The position numbers and the translations under genes were made by a program. A stretch of DNA of 64,000 bases, taken from contig JBHLNT010000007.1 in assembly GCA_048941265.1 (NCBI GenBank), positions 1-64,000 on the forward strand. Reading direction: 5' to 3'. Below, piece by piece: positions 61,721 through 64,000 of the stretch. Every line of letters starts with the position of its first letter. The stretch's first letter is position 1. The notes beneath the pieces were generated by a model. It had not been told where the DNA came from and made no database searches. It saw only the letters and a program-made list of their open reading frames with translations. The stretch comes from Promethearchaeota archaeon (lineage in GTDB: Archaea; Asgardarchaeota; Lokiarchaeia; Sigyniarchaeales; SOKP01).

Positions 61721-61975
61721 CTAATAGCGACGATCTTTAGCAAGAATTTTAACTTTTAAAGCCTCTGGACCATTTCCATTTTTTGAATCATTCTTTAATT
61801 TAAATTCTACAAAATCTCCAATTTCTAATTTTTTAAAACCATCCATTTCAATATTAGAAAAGTGAACAAATATATCTTCATGGTCTTCCACAGTAATAAA
61901 TCCATATCCCTTTCTAGCATCAAACCATTTTACCCAACCGGTTAATCTTTCACCTGTTTTCTTGTTTCCTGCCAT
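61721..61975 (-). CDS. Cold-shock domain protein
   Basis: GWVKWFDARKGYGFI (RNP1) and DIFVHFS (RNP2). Confidence 0.93.
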   Translation of the reverse strand: MAGNKKTGERLTGWVKWFDARKGYGFITVEDHEDIFVHFSNIEMDGFKKLEIGDFVEFKLKNDSKNGNGPEALKVKILAKDRRY

Positions 61976-62198
61976 ATTATTAACACTTTCTTACTATTTA
62001 AAATTAAATCAGATTTTATTTCAATTTTTAATATCTTAATCTAAGATAATTAATTATATTATAGAAAAGAATAAATTTTAATTTTAAAATCTTTTTAATA
62101 GTCCCCTCCTCTATAAATCTCCAAAATCAAAAAATTAAAGTTAAAATATAAAAAAATTTGAACAATTTAATTTTAAATATTAAAAAGAGAATTAGAAA

Positions 62199-63557
62199 AT
62201 GAATATCTTAGACAAAGTTTTAGAAATATATCATAGATATTTTATTTGTTCATATTGTCTCGGAAGAATGTTCGCTCTCTTAGGAACAGATACTACTAAT
62301 TTTGAAAGAGGTTCTTCATTACTTCTTTCATTAACTTTAGAAAATCACAGAATTTTACTTACTGATAAAAATAATGAGCACATTGCCCATCAAAACTTAA
62401 AAATTCTTGCGGAGAATGCAAATTTTTCACCTGCTCAAAAAGTTTTAGAAAAAGAAGGTTTTGAATATAATGAAACTAAAACTACTAAAAAATGCTATTT
62501 ATGCCACGATATTTTTCTAAATTTACAAAAATATGTTGATACAGCAATTAATTTAACAAAAAATTATGAGTATAATACTTTTTTATGTGGGACAAGGTTA
62601 AACTCTAAAATAATAAATTATGAAGATAAATTCAAAGCAGAATTCAATTTATTGGAATCTGAGTCATTTAAAAATCATTTCAATCGGGAAATTGGAAAAC
62701 TCTTATCAAGCGTATTAAATAAACCTCCAGAATTTGAATATCCAGATATTCTTTTCATATTTTCTTTAGATTATGCTGAATTTGAAGTTCAATTATTAGT
62801 AAGATCCCTTTTTATATCTGGGAAATATAATAAATTAATACGAGGTATTCCTCAAACCAAATGGCCTTGTAGAAAATGTCAAGGGAAAGGTTGTGATAAT
62901 TGTAATTATTCAGGCACTCAGTATGATACTAGTGTTGAGCAATTAATTAATCCTTTATTTATTGAAATGTCAAAAGCAACGGGATCCAAATTTCATGGTG
63001 CTGGAAGGGAAGATATAGATGTAAGAATGTTAGGAAATGGTAGACCATTTATACTTGAATTAAAAGAACCTAAAAAAAGAGATTTAGATCTTGATTATAT
63101 TACTGAGCAAGTTAACAAAAAACAATATGGAAAAGTAAAAATTTCAGATTTAAGATATAGCAACAAAAAAGAGGTTATTAGTCTAAAAAAAAAAGCAGAG
63201 TGTACCAAAAAAGTATATTTGGCATTAGTAGAGGCTGAAGAGTCTATTGATAAAAAGTCATTTGAAAATAAATTAAAATCATTAAGAAATTTAATTGAAA
63301 ATAATAAAATATATCAAAGAACTCCTTTTAGAGTGTCTCATCGACGTGCTGATTTAATAAGAGAAAAATTTGTTTATAAAATAGAGAGTGAATATCTATC
63401 ACCAAACTTATTTAAATTCACTGTTAAAACTCAAGGAGGAACATATATAAAAGAATTAATAAGTGGGGATGAGGGTCGCACTACACCATCTTTTTCTGAA
63501 GTTTTTGGTAGTAAATTGATTTGTAAAGAATTAGATGTTATCGACATAAAAGAATAG
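62199..63557 (+). CDS. pus10: tRNA pseudouridine(54/55) synthase Pus10
   Basis: CSYCLGR, GKYNKLIRGIPQTKW, FHGAGREDIDVRMLG.GRPF, QRTP.RV.HRR, GGTYIKE. Confidence 0.96.
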   Translation: MNILDKVLEIYHRYFICSYCLGRMFALLGTDTTNFERGSSLLLSLTLENHRILLTDKNNEHIAHQNLKILAENANFSPAQKVLEKEGFEYNETKTTKKCYLCHDIFLNLQKYVDTAINLTKNYEYNTFLCGTRLNSKIINYEDKFKAEFNLLESESFKNHFNREIGKLLSSVLNKPPEFEYPDILFIFSLDYAEFEVQLLVRSLFISGKYNKLIRGIPQTKWPCRKCQGKGCDNCNYSGTQYDTSVEQLINPLFIEMSKATGSKFHGAGREDIDVRMLGNGRPFILELKEPKKRDLDLDYITEQVNKKQYGKVKISDLRYSNKKEVISLKKKAECTKKVYLALVEAEESIDKKSFENKLKSLRNLIENNKIYQRTPFRVSHRRADLIREKFVYKIESEYLSPNLFKFTVKTQGGTYIKELISGDEGRTTPSFSEVFGSKLICKELDVIDIKE

Positions 63558-63676
63558 ATTAAATGATTGAGAATAATTCAAATCGAATAAAACCAAAAAA
63601 TAAATAAATTATACTTCATAATTCTACTAAATTACGCGATTTAAAATTATAATAATTAACTCAAAAGCTGGTACAC

Positions 63677-63985
63677 GTGACCCTGCATAAAGGTTACAGA
63701 AATAAAACTCGCAAAAGGCATAGAAAGAACTGTCGAGCAAGAGGCTTAGGTTCAATCGAAAAATATTTAGAGGACTATAATATTAACGATAAAGTTGATA
63801 TTATTACTGACCCGTCGCAACATAAACGCGGAATGCCCCATAGAAGATATCATGGCAAAACTGGAGTTATTGTTGGAGTAAGAGGCCGATGTTATGAAGT
63901 TGAATTGAAGTTAGGTAATTCTACAAAAGTTTTAATTATCGGAAGAGAACACTTAAGGTTAAATCCTATTTCTATTAAAAATTAA
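63677..63985 (+). CDS. rpl21e: 50S ribosomal protein L21e
   Basis: KGYRNKTR, GMPHRRYHGKTG, EHL; conserved archaeal synteny after pus10. Confidence 0.95.
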   Translation: MTLHKGYRNKTRKRHRKNCRARGLGSIEKYLEDYNINDKVDIITDPSQHKRGMPHRRYHGKTGVIVGVRGRCYEVELKLGNSTKVLIIGREHLRLNPISIKN

Positions 63986-64000
63986 AGTTGATATATAAAA

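Overview
AT-rich archaeal chromosomal window, most consistent with an Asgard archaeon of the Lokiarchaeia. Evidence: H4MPT methyl-branch genes (ftr, mtd, mch), archaeal housekeeping genes (glyS, RecJ/GAN, XPD, pus10-rpl21e, rpl35Ae, aroB', core MetE), a Loki-CTERM-like tail, and several eukaryotic-signature proteins (RagA/Gtr1-like GTPase, Rab-like GTPase, Snf7-class ESCRT-III, roadblock protein, presenilin-like protease, WD40 and TPR proteins). No rRNA, tRNA, CRISPR array or intact mobile element was seen. The best leads are: (1) an XPD helicase fused to an Rpb9/TFS-like N-terminal zinc ribbon; (2) a Zn-finger/coiled-coil/PH-like/low-complexity protein ending in an ESCRT-I steadiness-box-like segment, about 1.1 kb from a solo ESCRT-III gene with MIM motifs; (3) an SDR-QueC fusion divergent from queD; (4) a nucleotide kinase with a C-terminal PIP box; (5) a roadblock protein with a long acidic tail carrying paired W-acidic motifs; (6) a TPR-TPR / GNAT-GNAT / coiled-coil locus. 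Also present: an unannotated 56-aa ORF, two gene fragments, several apparent pseudo-enzymes and a structured 72-nt intergenic element. All family calls are by motif recognition by eye, not database searches.
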